NCBI GenBank assembly: GCA_964016885.1
Contig: OZ024742.1
Span: forward strand, 202,182,001 to 202,246,000
Direction: 5' to 3'
Length of the DNA: 64,000 nt
Origin: Eledone cirrhosa
Taxonomy: Eukaryota
The notes beneath the pieces are model-generated. The model did not search any database. It was not told the origin of the DNA and saw nothing but the letters and a program-made list of their open reading frames with translations. Position 1 is the first letter of the stretch, and each line of letters opens with the position of its first letter. Of the stretch, positions 39,201 to 53,637 are shown piece after piece. The position numbers were made by a program, and so were the translations under genes.

Positions 39201-42200
39201 GGTGTTGTTATTGTTGATGTTGGTGTTGTTATTGTTGATGTTGGTGTTGTTGATGTTGGTTTTGTTAATGTTGATGTTGGTGTTGTTATTGTTGATGTTG
39301 GTGTTGTTATTGTTTATGTTGGTGTTGTTATTGTTGATGTTGGTGTTGTTGATGTTGGTGTTGTTAATGTTGATGTTGGTGTCGTTAATGTTGGTGTTGT
39401 TATTGTTGATGTTGGTGTTGTCATTGTTGATGTTGGTGTTGTTATTGTTGGTGTTGGTGTTGTTGATGTTGGTGTTGTTATTGTTGATGTTGGTGTTGTT
39501 AATGTTGATGTTGGTGTTGTTATTGTTGATGTTGGTGTTGTTAATGTTGATGTTGGTGTTGTTAATGTTGATGTTGGTGTTGTTATTGTTGATGTTGGTG
39601 TTGTTATTGTTGATGTTGGTGTTGTTATTGTTGATGTTGGTCTTGTTATTGTTGATGTTGGTGTTGTTAATGTTGGTGTTGGTGTTGTTAATGTTGATGT
39701 TGGTGTTGTTAATGTTGGTGTTGGTGTTGTTATTGTTGATGTTGGTGTTGTTAATGTTGATGTTGGTGTTGTTAATGTTGATGTTGGTGTTGTTAATGTT
39801 GATGTTGGTGTTGTTATTGTTGATGTTGGTGTTGTTATTGTTGATGTTGGTGTTGTTAATGTTGATGTTGGTGTTGTTATTGTTGATGTTGGTGTTGTTA
39901 ATGTTGATGTTGGTGTTGTTAATGTTGATGTTGGTGTTGTTAATGTTGATGTTGGTGTTGTTAATGTTGATGTTGGTGTTGTTATTGTTGATGTTGGTGT
40001 TGTTATTGTTGATGTTGGAGTTGTTATTCTTGATGTTGGTGTTGTTAATGTTGATGTTGGTGTTGTTATTGTTGATGTTGGTGTTGTTATTGTTGATGTT
40101 GGTGTTGTTGATGTTGGTGTTGTTAATGTTGATGTTGGTGTCGTTAATGTTGGTGTTGTTATTGTTGATGTTGGAGTTGTTAATGTTGATGTTGGTGTCG
40201 TTAATGTTGCTGTTGTTATTGTTGATGTTGATGTTGTTATTGTTGATGTTGGTGTTGTTAATGTTGACGTTGGTGTTGTTATTGTTGATGTTGGTGTTGT
40301 TATTGTTGATGTTGGTGTTGTTATTGTTGATGTTGGTGTTGTTAATGTTGATGTTGGTGTCGTTAATGTTGATGTTGGTGTTGTTATTGTTGATGTTGTT
40401 GTTCTTGATGTTGGTGTTGTTAATGTTGATGTTGGTGTTGTTAATGTTGATGTTGGTGTTGTTATTGTTGATGTTGGTGTTGTTATTGTTGATGTTGGTG
40501 TTGTTGATGTTGGTGTTGTTAATGTTGATGTTGGTGTTGTTATTGTTGATGTTGGTGTTGTTATTGTTGATGTTGGTGTTGTTATTGTTGATGTTGGTGT
40601 TGTTGATGTTGGTGTTGTTAATGTTGATGTTGGTGTCGTTAATGTTGGTGTTGTTATTGTTGATGTTGGTGTTGTCATTGTTGATGTTGGTGTTGGTGTC
40701 GTTAATGTTGGTGTTGTTATTGTTGATGTTGGTGTTGTTATTGTTGATGTTGGTGTTGTTATTGTTGATGTTGGTGTTGTTGATGTTGGTGTTGTTAATG
40801 TTGATGTTGGTGTCGTTAATGTTGGTGTTGTTATTGTTGATGTTGGTGTTGTTAATGTTGGTGTTGGTGTTGTTGATGTTGGTGTTGTTATTGTTGATGT
40901 TGGTGTTGTTGATGTTGGTGTTGTTATTGTTGATGTTGGTGTTGTTAATGTTGATGTTGGTGTCGTTAATGTTGATGTTGGTGTTGTTATTGTTGATGCT
41001 GGTGTTCTTGATGTTGGTGTTGTTAATGTTGATGTTGGTGTTGTTAATGTTGATGTTGGTGTTGTTATTGTTGATGTTGGTGTTGTTATTGTTGATGTTG
41101 GTGTTGTTGATGTTGGTTTTGTTAATGTTGATGTTGGTGTTGTTATTGTTGATGTTGGTGTTGTTATTGTTGATGTTGGTGTTGTTATTGTTGATGTTGG
41201 TGTTGTTGATGTTGGTGTTGTTAATGTTGATGTTGGTGTCGTTAATGTTGGTTTTGTTATTGTTGATGTTGGTGTTGTCATTGTTGATGTTGGTGTTGGT
41301 GTCGTTAATGTTGGTGTTGTTATTGTTGATGTTGGTGTTGTTATTGTTGATGTTGGTGTTGTTATTGTTGATGTTGGTGTTGTTGATGTTGGTGTTGTTA
41401 ATGTTGATGTTGGTGTCGTTAATGTTGGTGTTGTTATTGTTGATGTTGGTGTTGTTAATGTTGGTGTTGGTGTTGTTGATGTTGGTGTTGTTATTGTTGA
41501 TGTTGGTGTTGTTAATGTTGATGTTGGTGTTGTTATTGTTGATGTTGGTGTTGTTATTGTTGATGTTGGTGTTGTTATTGTTGATGTTGGTGTTGTTGAT
41601 GTTGGTGTTGTTATTGTTGATGTTGGTGTAGTTATTGTTGATGTTGGTGTTGTTATTGTTGATGTTGGTGTTGTTAATGTTGATGTTGGTGTTGTTAATG
41701 TTCATGTTGGTGTTGTTATTGTTGATGTTGGTGTTGTTAATGTTGATGTTGGTGTTGTTAATGTTGATGTTGGTGTTGTTATTGTTGATGTTGGTGTTGT
41801 TAATGTTGATGTTGGTGTTGTTATTGTTGATGTTGGTGTTGTTAATGTTGTTGTTGGTGTTGTTGATGTTGATGTTGGTGTTGTTAATTTTGATGTTGGT
41901 GTTGGTGTTGTTGATGTTGGTGTTGTTAATGTTGATGTTGGTGTTGTTGATGTTGATGTTGGTGTTGTTATTGTTGATGTTGGTGTTGTTATTGTTGATG
42001 TTGGTGTTGTTAATGTTGATGTTGGTGTTGTTAATGTTGATGTTGGTGTTGTTATTGTTGATGTTGGTGTTGTTGATGTTGATGTTGGTGTTGTTAATGT
42101 TGATGTTGGTGTTGTTAATGTTGATGTTGGTGTTGTTAATGTTGATGTTGGTGTTGTTAATGTTGATGCTGGTGTTGTTATTGTTAATGTTGGTGTTGTT

Positions 42201-45200
42201 ATTCTTGATGTTGGTGTTCTTATTGTTGATGTTGGTGTTGTTATTGTTGATGTTGGTGTTGTTATTGTTGATGTTGGTGTTGTTAATGTTGGTGTTGGTG
42301 TTGTTAATGTTGATGTTGGTGTTGTTAATATTGATGTTGGTGTGGTTATTGTTGATGTTGGTGTTGTTAATGTTGATGTTGGTGTTGTTAATGTTGATGT
42401 TGGTGTTGTTATTGTTGATGTTGTTGTTGTTATTGTTGATGTTGGTGTTGTTGATGTTGGTGTTGGTGTTGTTAATGTTGATGTTGGTGTTGTTAATGTA
42501 GATGTTGGTGTTGTTATTGTTGATGTTGTTGTTGTTATTGTTGATGTTGGTGTTGTTGATGTTGGTGTTGGTGTTGTTAATGTTGATGTTGGTGTTGTTA
42601 TTGTTGATGTTGGTGTTGTTAATGTTGATGTTGGAGTTGTCATTGTTGATGTGATTGTTGATGTTGGTGTTCTCAATGTTGATGTTGGTGTTGTTGATGT
42701 TGATGTTGGTGTTGTTATTGTTGATGTTGGTGTTGCTGATGTTGAAGTTGGTGTTGTTAATGTTGATGTTGGTGTTGTTATTGTTGATGTTGGTGTTATT
42801 ATTGTTGATGTTGGTGTTGTTATTGTTGATGTTGTTAATGTTGATGTTGGTGTTGTCATTGTTGATGTGATTGTTGATGTTGGTGTTCTCAATGTTGATG
42901 TTGGTGTTGTTATTGTTGGTGTTGGTGTTGTTAATATTGATGTTGGTGTTGGTGTTGTTGATGTTGGTGTTGTTATTGTTGGTGCTGGTGTTGTTAATGT
43001 TGATGTTGGTGTTGTTAATGTTGATGTTGGTGTTGTTAATGTTGGTGATGGTGTTGTTAATATTGATGTTGGTGTTGTTAATGTTGATGTTGGTGTTGTT
43101 ATTGTTGATGTTGGTGTTGTTATTGTTGATGTTGGTGTTGATATTGTTGATGTTGGTGTTGTTATTGTTGATGTTGGTGTTGTTAATGTTGATGTTGGTG
43201 TTGGTGTTGTTATTGTTGATGTTGGTGTTGTTAATGTTGATGTTGGTGTTGTTAATGTTGGTGTTGGTGTTGTTAATATTGATGTTGGTGTTGTTGATGT
43301 TGATGTTGGTGTTGTTATTGTTGATGTTGGTGTTGTTAATGTTGATGTTGGTGTTGTTATTGTTGATGTTGGTGTTGTTAATGTTGATGTTGGTGTTGTT
43401 AATGTTGATGTTGGTGTTGTTATTGTTGATGTTGGTGTTGTTAATGTTGATGTTGGTGTTGTTATTGTTGATGTTGGTGTTGTTAATGTTGATGTTAGTG
43501 TTGTTGATGTTGGTGTTGGTGTTGTTAATGTTGATGTTGGTGTTGTTAATATTGATGTTGGTGTTGTTAATGTTGATGTTGGTGTTGTTATTGTTGGTGT
43601 TAGTGTTGTTGATGTTGATGTTGGTGTTGTTATTGTTGATGTTGGTGTTGTTATTGTTGATGTTGGTTTTGTTAATGTTGATGTTGGTGTTGTTAATGTT
43701 GATGTTGGTGTTGTTAATGTTGATGTTGGTGTTGTTATTGTTGATGTTGGTTTTGTTAATGTTGATGTTGGTGTTGTTAATGTTGATGTTGGTGTTGTTA
43801 TTGTTGATGTTGGAGTTGTTAATGTTGATGTTGGTGTTGTTATTGTTGATGTTGGTGTTGTTATTGTTGATGTAGGTGTTGTTGATGTTGGTGTTGGTGT
43901 TGTTAATGTTGATGTTGGTGTTGTTATTGTTGATGTTGGTGTTGTTATTGTTGATGTTCGTGTTCTTATTGTTGATGTTGGTGTTGTTATTGTTGATGTT
44001 GGTGTTGTCATTGTTGATGTTGTTGTTGTTATTGTTGATGTTGGTGTTGTTAATGTTGATGTTGGTGTTGTTATTGTTGATGTTGGTGTTGTTAATGTTG
44101 ATGTTGGTGTTGTTATTGTTGATGTTGGTGTTGTTAATGTTGATGTTGGTGTTGTTATTCTTGATGTTCGTGTTGTTAATGTTGGTGTTGGTGTTGTTAT
44201 TGTTGATGTTGGTGTTGTTATTGTTGATGTTGGTGTTGTTATTGTTGGTGTTGGTGTTGTTAATGTTGATGTTGTTGTTAATGTTGATGTTGTTGTTTTT
44301 AATGTTGGAGTTGGTGTTGTTAATGTTGATGTTGTTGTTGTTAATGTTGATGTTGTTGTTGTTAATGTTGATGTTGGTGTTGTTATTGTTGATGTTGGTG
44401 TTGTTAATGTTGATGTAGGTGTTGTTATTGTTGATGTTGGTGTTGTTATTGTTGATGTTGGTGTTGTTATTGTTGGTGTTGGTGTTGTTAATGTTGATGT
44501 TGGTGTTGTTGATGTTGATGTTGGTGTTGTTATTGTTGATGTTGGTGTTGTTAATGTTGATGTTGGTGTTGTTAATGTTGATGTTGTTGTTGTTAATGTT
44601 GATGTTGGTGTTGTTAATGTTGATGTTGGTGTTGTTATTGTTGATGTTGTTGATGTTGGTGTTGGTGTTGTTAATGTTGATGTTGGTGTTGTTAATGTTG
44701 ATGTTGGTGTTGTTAATGTTGATGTTGTTGTTGTTAATGTTGATGTTGTTGTTGTTAATGTTGGTGTTGGTGTTGTTAATGTTGATGTTGTTGTTGTTAA
44801 TGTTGATGTTGTTTTTGTTAATGTTGATGTTGGTGTTGTTTATGTTGATGTTGGTGTTGTTATTGTTGGTGTTGTTATTGTTAATGTTTGTGTTGTTATT
44901 GTTGATGTTGGTGTTATTGATGTTGTTGATGGTGTTGTTAATGTTGATGTTGCTGTCGTTATTGTTGATGTTGGTGTTGTTGATGTTGGTGTTGGTGTTG
45001 TTAATGTTGGTGTTGTTATTGTTGATGTTGGTGTTGTTAATGTTGATGTTGGTGTTGTTAATGTTGATATTGGTGTTGTTATTGTTGATGTTGGTATTGT
45101 CATTGTTGATGTTGGTGTTGTTAATGTTGATGTTGGTGTTGTTGATGTTGGTGTTGTTAATGTTGATGTAGGTGTTGTTAATGTTGATGTTGGTGTTGTT

Positions 45201-48200
45201 ATTGTTGATGTTGGTGTTGTTAATGTTGATGTTGGTGATGTTATTGTTGATGTTGGTGTTGTTAATGTTGATGTTAGTGTTGTTGATGTTGGTGTTGGTG
45301 TTGTTAATGTTGATGTTGGTGTTGTTAATATTGATGTTGGTGTTGTTAATGTTGATGTTGGTGTTGTTATTGTTGGTGTTAGTGTTGTTGATGTTGATGT
45401 TGGTGTTGTTATTGTTGATGTTGGTGTTGTTATTGTTGATGTAGGTGTTGTTGATGTTGGTGTTGGTGTTGTTAATGTTGATGTTGGTGTTGTTATTGTT
45501 GATGTTGGTGTTGTTAATGTTGATGTTGGTGTTGTTGATGTTGATGTTGGTGTTGTTATTGTTGATGTTGGTGTTTGTTATTGTTGGTGTTAGTGTTGTT
45601 GATGTTGATGTTGGTGTTGTTATTGTTGATGTTGGTGTTGTTATTGTTGATGTAGGTGTTGTTGATGTTGGTGTTGGTGTTGTTAATGTTGATGTTGGTG
45701 TTGTTATTGTTGATGTTGGTGTTGTTAATGTTGATGTTGGTGTTGTTGATGTTGGTGTTGTTAATGTTGATGTTGGTGTTGTTAATGTTGATGTTGGTGT
45801 TGTTAATGTTGATGTTGGTGTTGTTATTGTTGATGTTGGTGTTGTTAATGTTGATGTTGGTGATGTTATTGTTGATGTTGGTGTTGTTAATGTTGATGTT
45901 GGTGTTGTTGATGTTGGTGTTGGTGTTGTTAATGTTGATGTTGGTGTTGTTAATATTGATGTTGGTGTTGTTATTGTTGATGTTGGTGTTGTTAATGTTG
46001 ATGTTGGTGTTGTTGATGTTGGTGTTGTTAATGTTGAATTTTGTGTTATTAATGTTGATGTTGGTGTTGTTATTGTTGATGTTGGTGTTGTTAATGTTGA
46101 TGTTGGTGTTGTTAATGTTGATGTTGTTGTTGTTAATGTTGGTGTTGGTGTTGTTAATGTTGATGTTGTTGTTGTTAATGTTGATGTTGTTTTTGTTAAT
46201 GTTGATGTTGGTGTTGTTAATGTTGATGTAGGTGTTGTTATTGTTGATGTTGGTGTTGTTAATGTTGATGTTGGTGTAGTTAATATTGATGTTGGTGTTG
46301 TTATTGTTGATGTTGGTGTTGTTATTGTTGATGTTGGTGTTGTTAATGTTGATGTTGGTGTTGTTAATGTTGATGTTGGTGTTGTTATTGTTGATGTTGG
46401 TGTTGTTATTGTTGATGTTGGTGTTGTTAATGTTGATGTTGGTGTTGTTATTGTTGATGTTGGTGTTGTTATTGTTGATGTTAGTGTTGTTATTGTTGAT
46501 GTTGGTGTTGTTATTGTTGGTGTTGGTGTTGTTATTGTTGATGTTGGTGTTGTTATTGTTGATGTTGGTGTTGTTATTGTTGATGTTGGTGTTGTTAATA
46601 TTGATGTTGGTGTTGTTATTGTTGATGTTTGTGTTGTTATTGTTGATGTTGGTGTTGTTGATGTTGGTGTTGTTAATGTTGATGTTGGTCTTGTTATTGT
46701 TGATGTTGGTGTTGTTATTGTTGATGTTGATGTTGTTATTGTTGATGTTGGTGTTGTTGATTTTGGTGTTGTTAATGTTGATGTTGGTGTCGTTAATGTT
46801 GGTGTTGTTATTGTTGATGTTGGTGTTGTCATTGTTGATGTAGGTGTTGGTGTCGTTAATGTTGGTGTTGTTATTGTTGATGTTGGTGTTGTTATTGTTG
46901 ATGTTGGTGTTGTTATTGTTGATGTTGGTGTTGTTGATGTTGGTGTTGTTAATGTTGATGTTGGTGTCGTTAATGTTGGTGTTGTTATTGTTGATGTTGG
47001 TGTTGTTAATGTTGGTGTTGGTGTTGTTGATGTTGGTGTTGTTATTGTTGATGTTGGTGTTGTTGATGTTGGTGTTCTTATTGTTGATGTTGGTGTTGTT
47101 ATTGTTGATGTTGGTGTTGTTATTGTTGATGTTGGTGTTGTTGATGTTGGTGTTGTTATTGTTGATGTTGGTGTCGTTAATGTTGATGTTGGTGTTGTTA
47201 ATGTTGATGTTGGTGTTGTTAATGTTGATGTTGGTGTTGTTATTGTTGATGTTGGTGTTGTTGATGTTGATGTTGGTGTTGTTAATGTTGATGTTGGTGT
47301 TGTTAATGTTGATGTTGGTGTTGTTAATGTTGATGTTGGTGTTGTTATTGTTGATGTTGGTGTTGTTAATGTTGATGTTGTTGTTGTTAATGTTGATGTT
47401 GGTGTTGTTATTGTTGATGTTGGTGTTGTTAATGTTGATGTTGGTGTTGTTAATGTTGATGTTGGTGTTGTTATTGTTGATGTAGGTGTTGTTATTGTTG
47501 ATGTTGGTGTTGTTAATGTTGATGTCGGTGTTGTTATTGTTGATGTTGGTGTTGTTATTGTTGATGTTGGTGTTGTTATTGTTGATGTTGGTGTTGTTAA
47601 TGTTGATGTTGGTGTTGTTATTGTTAATGTGGGTGTTGTTATTGTTGAATAAGGTGTTGTTATTGTTGATGTTGGTGTTGTTGATGTTGATGTTGGTGTT
47701 GTTAATGTTGATGTTGATGTTAGTGATGTTAATGTTGATGTTGGTGTTGTTAATGTTGATGTTGGTGTTGTTATTGTTGATGTTGGTGTTGTTATTGTTG
47801 GTGTTGGTGTTGTTGATGTTGGTGTTGTTATTGTTGATGTTGGTGTTGTTAATGTTGATGTTGGTGTTGTTATTGTTGATGTTGGTGTTGTTAATGTTGA
47901 TGTTGGTGTTGTTAATGTTGATGTTGGTGTTGTTATTGTTGATGTTGGTGTTGTTATTGTTGATGTTGGTGTTGTTATTGTTGATGTTGGTCTTGTTATT
48001 GTTGATGTTGGTGTTGTTAATGTTGGTGTTGGTGTTGTTAATGTTGATGTTGGTGTTGTTAATGTTGGTGTTGGTGTTGTTATTGTTGATGTTGGTGTTG
48101 TTAATGTTGATGTTGGTGTTGTTAATGTTGATGTTGGTGTTGTTAATGTTGATGTTGGTGTTGTTATTGTTGATGTTGGTGTTGTTATTGTTGATGTTGG

Positions 48201-51200
48201 TGTTGTTAATGTTGATGTTGGTGTTGTTATTGTTGATGTTGGTGTTGTTAATGTTGATGTTGGTGTTGTTAATGTTGATGTTGGTGTTGTTAATGTTGAT
48301 GTTGGTGTTGTTAATGTTGATGTTGGTGTTGTTATTGTTGATGTTGGTGTTGTTATTGTTGATGTTGGAGTTGTTATTCTTGATGTTGGTGTTGTTAATG
48401 TTGATGTTGGTGTTGTTATTGTTGATGTTGGTGTTGTTATTGTTGATGTTGGTGTTGTTGATGTTGGTGTTGTTAATGTTGATGTTGGTGTCGTTAATGT
48501 TGGTGTTGTTATTGTTGATGTTGGTGTTGTTAATGTTGATGTTGGTGTCGTTAATGTTGCTGTTGTTATTGTTGATGTTGATGTTGTTATTGTTGATGTT
48601 GGTGTTGTTAATGTTGACGTTGGTGTTGTTATTGTTGATGTTGGTGTTGTTAATGTTGATGTTGGTGTCGTTAATGTTGATGTTGGTGTTGTTATTGTTG
48701 ATGTTGTTGTTCTTGATGTTGGTGTTGTTAATGTTGATGTTGGTGTTGTTAATGTTGATGTTGGTGTTGTTATTGTTGATGTTGGTGTTGTTATTGTTGA
48801 TGTTGGTGTTGTTGATGTTGGTGTTGTTAATGTTGATGTTGGTGTCGTTATTGTTGATGTTGGTGTTGTTATTGTTGATGTTGGTGTTGTTATTGTTGAT
48901 GTTGGTGTTGTTGATGTTGGTATTGTTAATGTTGATGTTGGTGTCGTTAATGTTGGTGTTGTTATTGTTGATGTTGGTGTTGTCATTGTTGATGTTGGTG
49001 TTGGTGTCGTTAATGTTGGTGTTGTTATTGTTGATGTTGGTGTTGTTATTGTTGATGTTGGTGTTGTTATTGTTGATGTTGGTGTTGTTGATGTTGGTGT
49101 TGTTAATGTTGATGTTGGTGTCGTTAATGTTGGTGTTGTTATTGTTGATGTTGGTGTTGTTAATGTTGGTGTTGGTGTTGTTGATGTTGGTGTTGTTATT
49201 GTTGATGTTGGTGTTGTTGATGTTGGTGTTGTTATTGTTGATGTTGGTGTTGTTAATGTTGATGTTGGTGTCGTTAATGTTGATGTTGGTGTTGTTATTG
49301 TTGATGTTGGTGTTCTTGATGTTGGTGTTGTTAATGTTGATGTTGGTGTTGTTAATGTTGATGTTGGTGTTGTTATTGTTGATGTTGGTGTTGTTATTGT
49401 TGATGTTGGTGTTGTTGATGTTGGTTTTGTTAATGTTGATGTTGGTGTTGTTATTGTTGATGTTGGTGTTGTTATTGTTTATGTTGGTGTTGTTATTGTT
49501 GATGTTGGTGTTGTTGATGTTGGTGTTGTTAATGTTGATGTTGGTGTCGTTAATGTTGGTGTTGTTATTGTTGATGTTGGTGTTGTCATTGTTGATGTTG
49601 GTGTTGTTATTGTTGGTGTTGGTGTTGTTGATGTTGGTGTTGTTATTGTTGATGTTGGTGTTGTTAATGTTGATGTTGGTGTTGTTATTGTTGATGTTGG
49701 TGTTGTTAATGTTGATGTTGGTGTTGTTAATGTTGATGTTGGTGTTGTTATTGTTGATGTTGGTGTTGTTATTGTTGATGTTGGTGTTGTTATTGTTGAT
49801 GTTGGTCTTGTTATTGTTGATGTTGGTGTTGTTAATGTTGGTGTTGGTGTTGTTAATGTTGATGTTGGTGTTGTTAATGTTGGTGTTGGTGTTGTTATTG
49901 TTGATGTTGGTGTTGTTAATGTTGATGTTGGTGTTGTTAATGTTGATGTTGGTGTTGTTAATGTTGATGTTGGTGTTGTTATTGTTGATGTTGGTGTTGT
50001 TATTGTTGATGTTGGTGTTGTTAATGTTGATGTTGGTGTTGTTATTGTTGATGTTGGTGTTGTTAATGTTGATGTTGGTGTTGTTAATGTTGATGTTGGT
50101 GTTGTTAATGTTGATGTTGGTGTTGTTAATGTTGATGTTGGTGTTGTTATTGTTGATGTTGGTGTTGTTATTGTTGATGTTGGAGTTGTTATTCTTGATG
50201 TTGGTGTTGTTAATGTTGATGTTGGTGTTGTTATTGTTGATGTTGGTGTTGTTATTGTTGATGTTGGTGTTGTTGATGTTGGTGTTGTTAATGTTGATGT
50301 TGGTGTCGTTAATGTTGGTGTTGTTATTGTTGATGTTGGAGTTGTTAATGTTGATGTTGGTGTCGTTAATGTTGCTGTTGTTATTGTTGATGTTGATGTT
50401 GTTATTGTTGATGTTGGTGTTGTTAATGTTGACGTTGGTGTTGTTATTGTTGATGTTGGTGTTGTTATTGTTGATGTTGGTGTTGTTATTGTTGATGTTG
50501 GTGTTGTTAATGTTGATGTTGGTGTCGTTAATGTTGATGTTGGTGTTGTTATTGTTGATGTTGTTGTTCTTGATGTTGGTGTTGTTAATGTTGATGTTGG
50601 TGTTGTTAATGTTGATGTTGGTGTTGTTATTGTTGATGTTGGTGTTGTTATTGTTGATGTTGGTGTTGTTGATGTTGGTGTTGTTAATGTTGATGTTGGT
50701 GTTGTTATTGTTGATGTTGGTGTTGTTATTGTTGATGTTGGTGTTGTTATTGTTGATGTTGGTGTTGTTGATGTTGGTGTTGTTAATGTTGATGTTGGTG
50801 TCGTTAATGTTGGTGTTGTTATTGTTGATGTTGGTGTTGTCATTGTTGATGTTGGTGTTGGTGTCGTTAATGTTGGTGTTGTTATTGTTGATGTTGGTGT
50901 TGTTATTGTTGATGTTGGTGTTGTTATTGTTGATGTTGGTGTTGTTGATGTTGGTGTTGTTAATGTTGATGTTGGTGTCGTTAATGTTGGTGTTGTTATT
51001 GTTGATGTTGGTGTTGTTAATGTTGGTGTTGGTGTTGTTGATGTTGGTGTTGTTATTGTTGATGTTGGTGTTGTTGATGTTGGTGTTGTTATTGTTGATG
51101 TTGGTGTTGTTAATGTTGATGTTGGTGTCGTTAATGTTGATGTTGGTGTTGTTATTGTTGATGCTGGTGTTCTTGATGTTGGTGTTGTTAATGTTGATGT

Positions 51201-53637
51201 TGGTGTTGTTAATGTTGATGTTGGTGTTGTTATTGTTGATGTTGGTGTTGTTATTGTTGATGTTGGTGTTGTTGATGTTGGTTTTGTTAATGTTGATGTT
51301 GGTGTTGTTATTGTTGATGTTGGTGTTGTTATTGTTGATGTTGGTGTTGTTATTGTTGATGTTGGTGTTGTTGATGTTGGTGTTGTTAATGTTGATGTTG
51401 GTGTCGTTAATGTTGGTTTTGTTATTGTTGATGTTGGTGTTGTCATTGTTGATGTTGGTGTTGGTGTCGTTAATGTTGGTGTTGTTATTGTTGATGTTGG
51501 TGTTGTTATTGTTGATGTTGGTGTTGTTATTGTTGATGTTGGTGTTGTTGATGTTGGTGTTGTTAATGTTGATGTTGGTGTCGTTAATGTTGGTGTTGTT
51601 ATTGTTGATGTTGGTGTTGTTAATGTTGGTGTTGGTGTTGTTGATGTTGGTGTTGTTATTGTTGATGTTGGTGTTGTTAATGTTGATGTTGGTGTTGTTA
51701 TTGTTGATGTTGGTGTTGTTATTGTTGATGTTGGTGTTGTTATTGTTGATGTTGGTGTTGTTGATGTTGGTGTTGTTATTGTTGATGTTGGTGTAGTTAT
51801 TGTTGATGTTGGTGTTGTTATTGTTGATGTTGGTGTTGTTAATGTTGATGTTGGTGTTGTTAATGTTCATGTTGGTGTTGTTATTGTTGATGTTGGTGTT
51901 GTTAATGTTGATGTTGGTGTTGTTAATGTTGATGTTGGTGTTGTTATTGTTGATGTTGGTGTTGTTAATGTTGATGTTGGTGTTGTTATTGTTGATGTTG
52001 GTGTTGTTAATGTTGTTGTTGGTGTTGTTGATGTTGATGTTGGTGTTGTTAATTTTGATGTTGGTGTTGGTGTTGTTGATGTTGGTGTTGTTAATGTTGA
52101 TGTTGGTGTTGTTGATGTTGATGTTGGTGTTGTTATTGTTGATGTTGGTGTTGTTATTGTTGATGTTGGTGTTGTTAATGTTGATGTTGGTGTTGTTAAT
52201 GTTGATGTTGGTGTTGTTATTGTTGATGTTGGTGTTGTTGATGTTGATGTTGGTGTTGTTAATGTTGATGTTGGTGTTGTTAATGTTGATGTTGGTGTTG
52301 TTAATGTTGATGTTGGTGTTGTTAATGTTGATGCTGGTGTTGTTATTGTTAATGTTGGTGTTGTTATTCTTGATGTTGGTGTTCTTATTGTTGATGTTGG
52401 TGTTGTTATTGTTGATGTTGGTGTTGTTATTGTTGATGTTGGTGTTGTTAATGTTGGTGTTGGTGTTGTTAATGTTGATGTTGGTGTTGTTAATATTGAT
52501 GTTGGTGTGGTTATTGTTGATGTTGGTGTTGTTAATGTTGATGTTGGTGTTGTTAATGTTGATGTTGGTGTTGTTATTGTTGATGTTGTTGTTGTTATTG
52601 TTGATGTTGGTGTTGTTGATGTTGGTGTTGGTGTTGTTAATGTTGATGTTGGTGTTGTTAATGTAGATGTTGGTGTTGTTATTGTTGATGTTGTTGTTGT
52701 TATTGTTGATGTTGGTGTTGTTGATGTTGGTGTTGGTGTTGTTAATGTTGATGTTGGTGTTGTTATTGTTGATGTTGGTGTTGTTAATGTTGATGTTGGA
52801 GTTGTCATTGTTGATGTGATTGTTGATGTTGGTGTTCTCAATGTTGATGTTGGTGTTGTTGATGTTGATGTTGGTGTTGTTATTGTTGATGTTGGTGTTG
52901 CTGATGTTGAAGTTGGTGTTGTTAATGTTGATGTTGGTGTTGTTATTGTTGATGTTGGTGTTATTATTGTTGATGTTGGTGTTGTTATTGTTGATGTTGT
53001 TAATGTTGATGTTGGTGTTGTCATTGTTGATGTGATTGTTGATGTTGGTGTTCTCAATGTTGATGTTGGTGTTGTTATTGTTGGTGTTGGTGTTGTTAAT
53101 ATTGATGTTGGTGTTGGTGTTGTTGATGTTGGTGTTGTTATTGTTGGTGCTGGTGTTGTTAATGTTGATGTTGGTGTTGTTAATGTTGATGTTGGTGTTG
53201 TTAATGTTGGTGATGGTGTTGTTAATATTGATGTTGGTGTTGTTAATGTTGATGTTGGTGTTGTTATTGTTGATGTTGGTGTTGTTATTGTTGATGTTGG
53301 TGTTGATATTGTTGATGTTGGTGTTGTTATTGTTGATGTTGGTGTTGTTAATGTTGATGTTGGTGTTGGTGTTGTTATTGTTGATGTTGGTGTTGTTAAT
53401 GTTGATGTTGGTGTTGTTAATGTTGGTGTTGGTGTTGTTAATATTGATGTTGGTGTTGTTGATGTTGATGTTGGTGTTGTTATTGTTGATGTTGGTGTTG
53501 TTAATGTTGATGTTGGTGTTGTTATTGTTGATGTTGGTGTTGTTAATGTTGATGTTGGTGTTGTTAATGTTGATGTTGGTGTTGTTATTGTTGATGTTGG
53601 TGTTGTTAATGTTGATGTTGGTGTTGTTATTGTTGAT
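33295..53637. repeat. Higher-order tandem duplication, 2 x 10165 bp
   Basis: ORF pairs 33711/43876, 35280/45445, 37321/47486, 41635/51800 and 42871/53036 all differ by 10165. Rare variants are shared, including the +1 T at ~35409/45574 and TTCATG at ~41701/51866. Confidence 0.9.
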
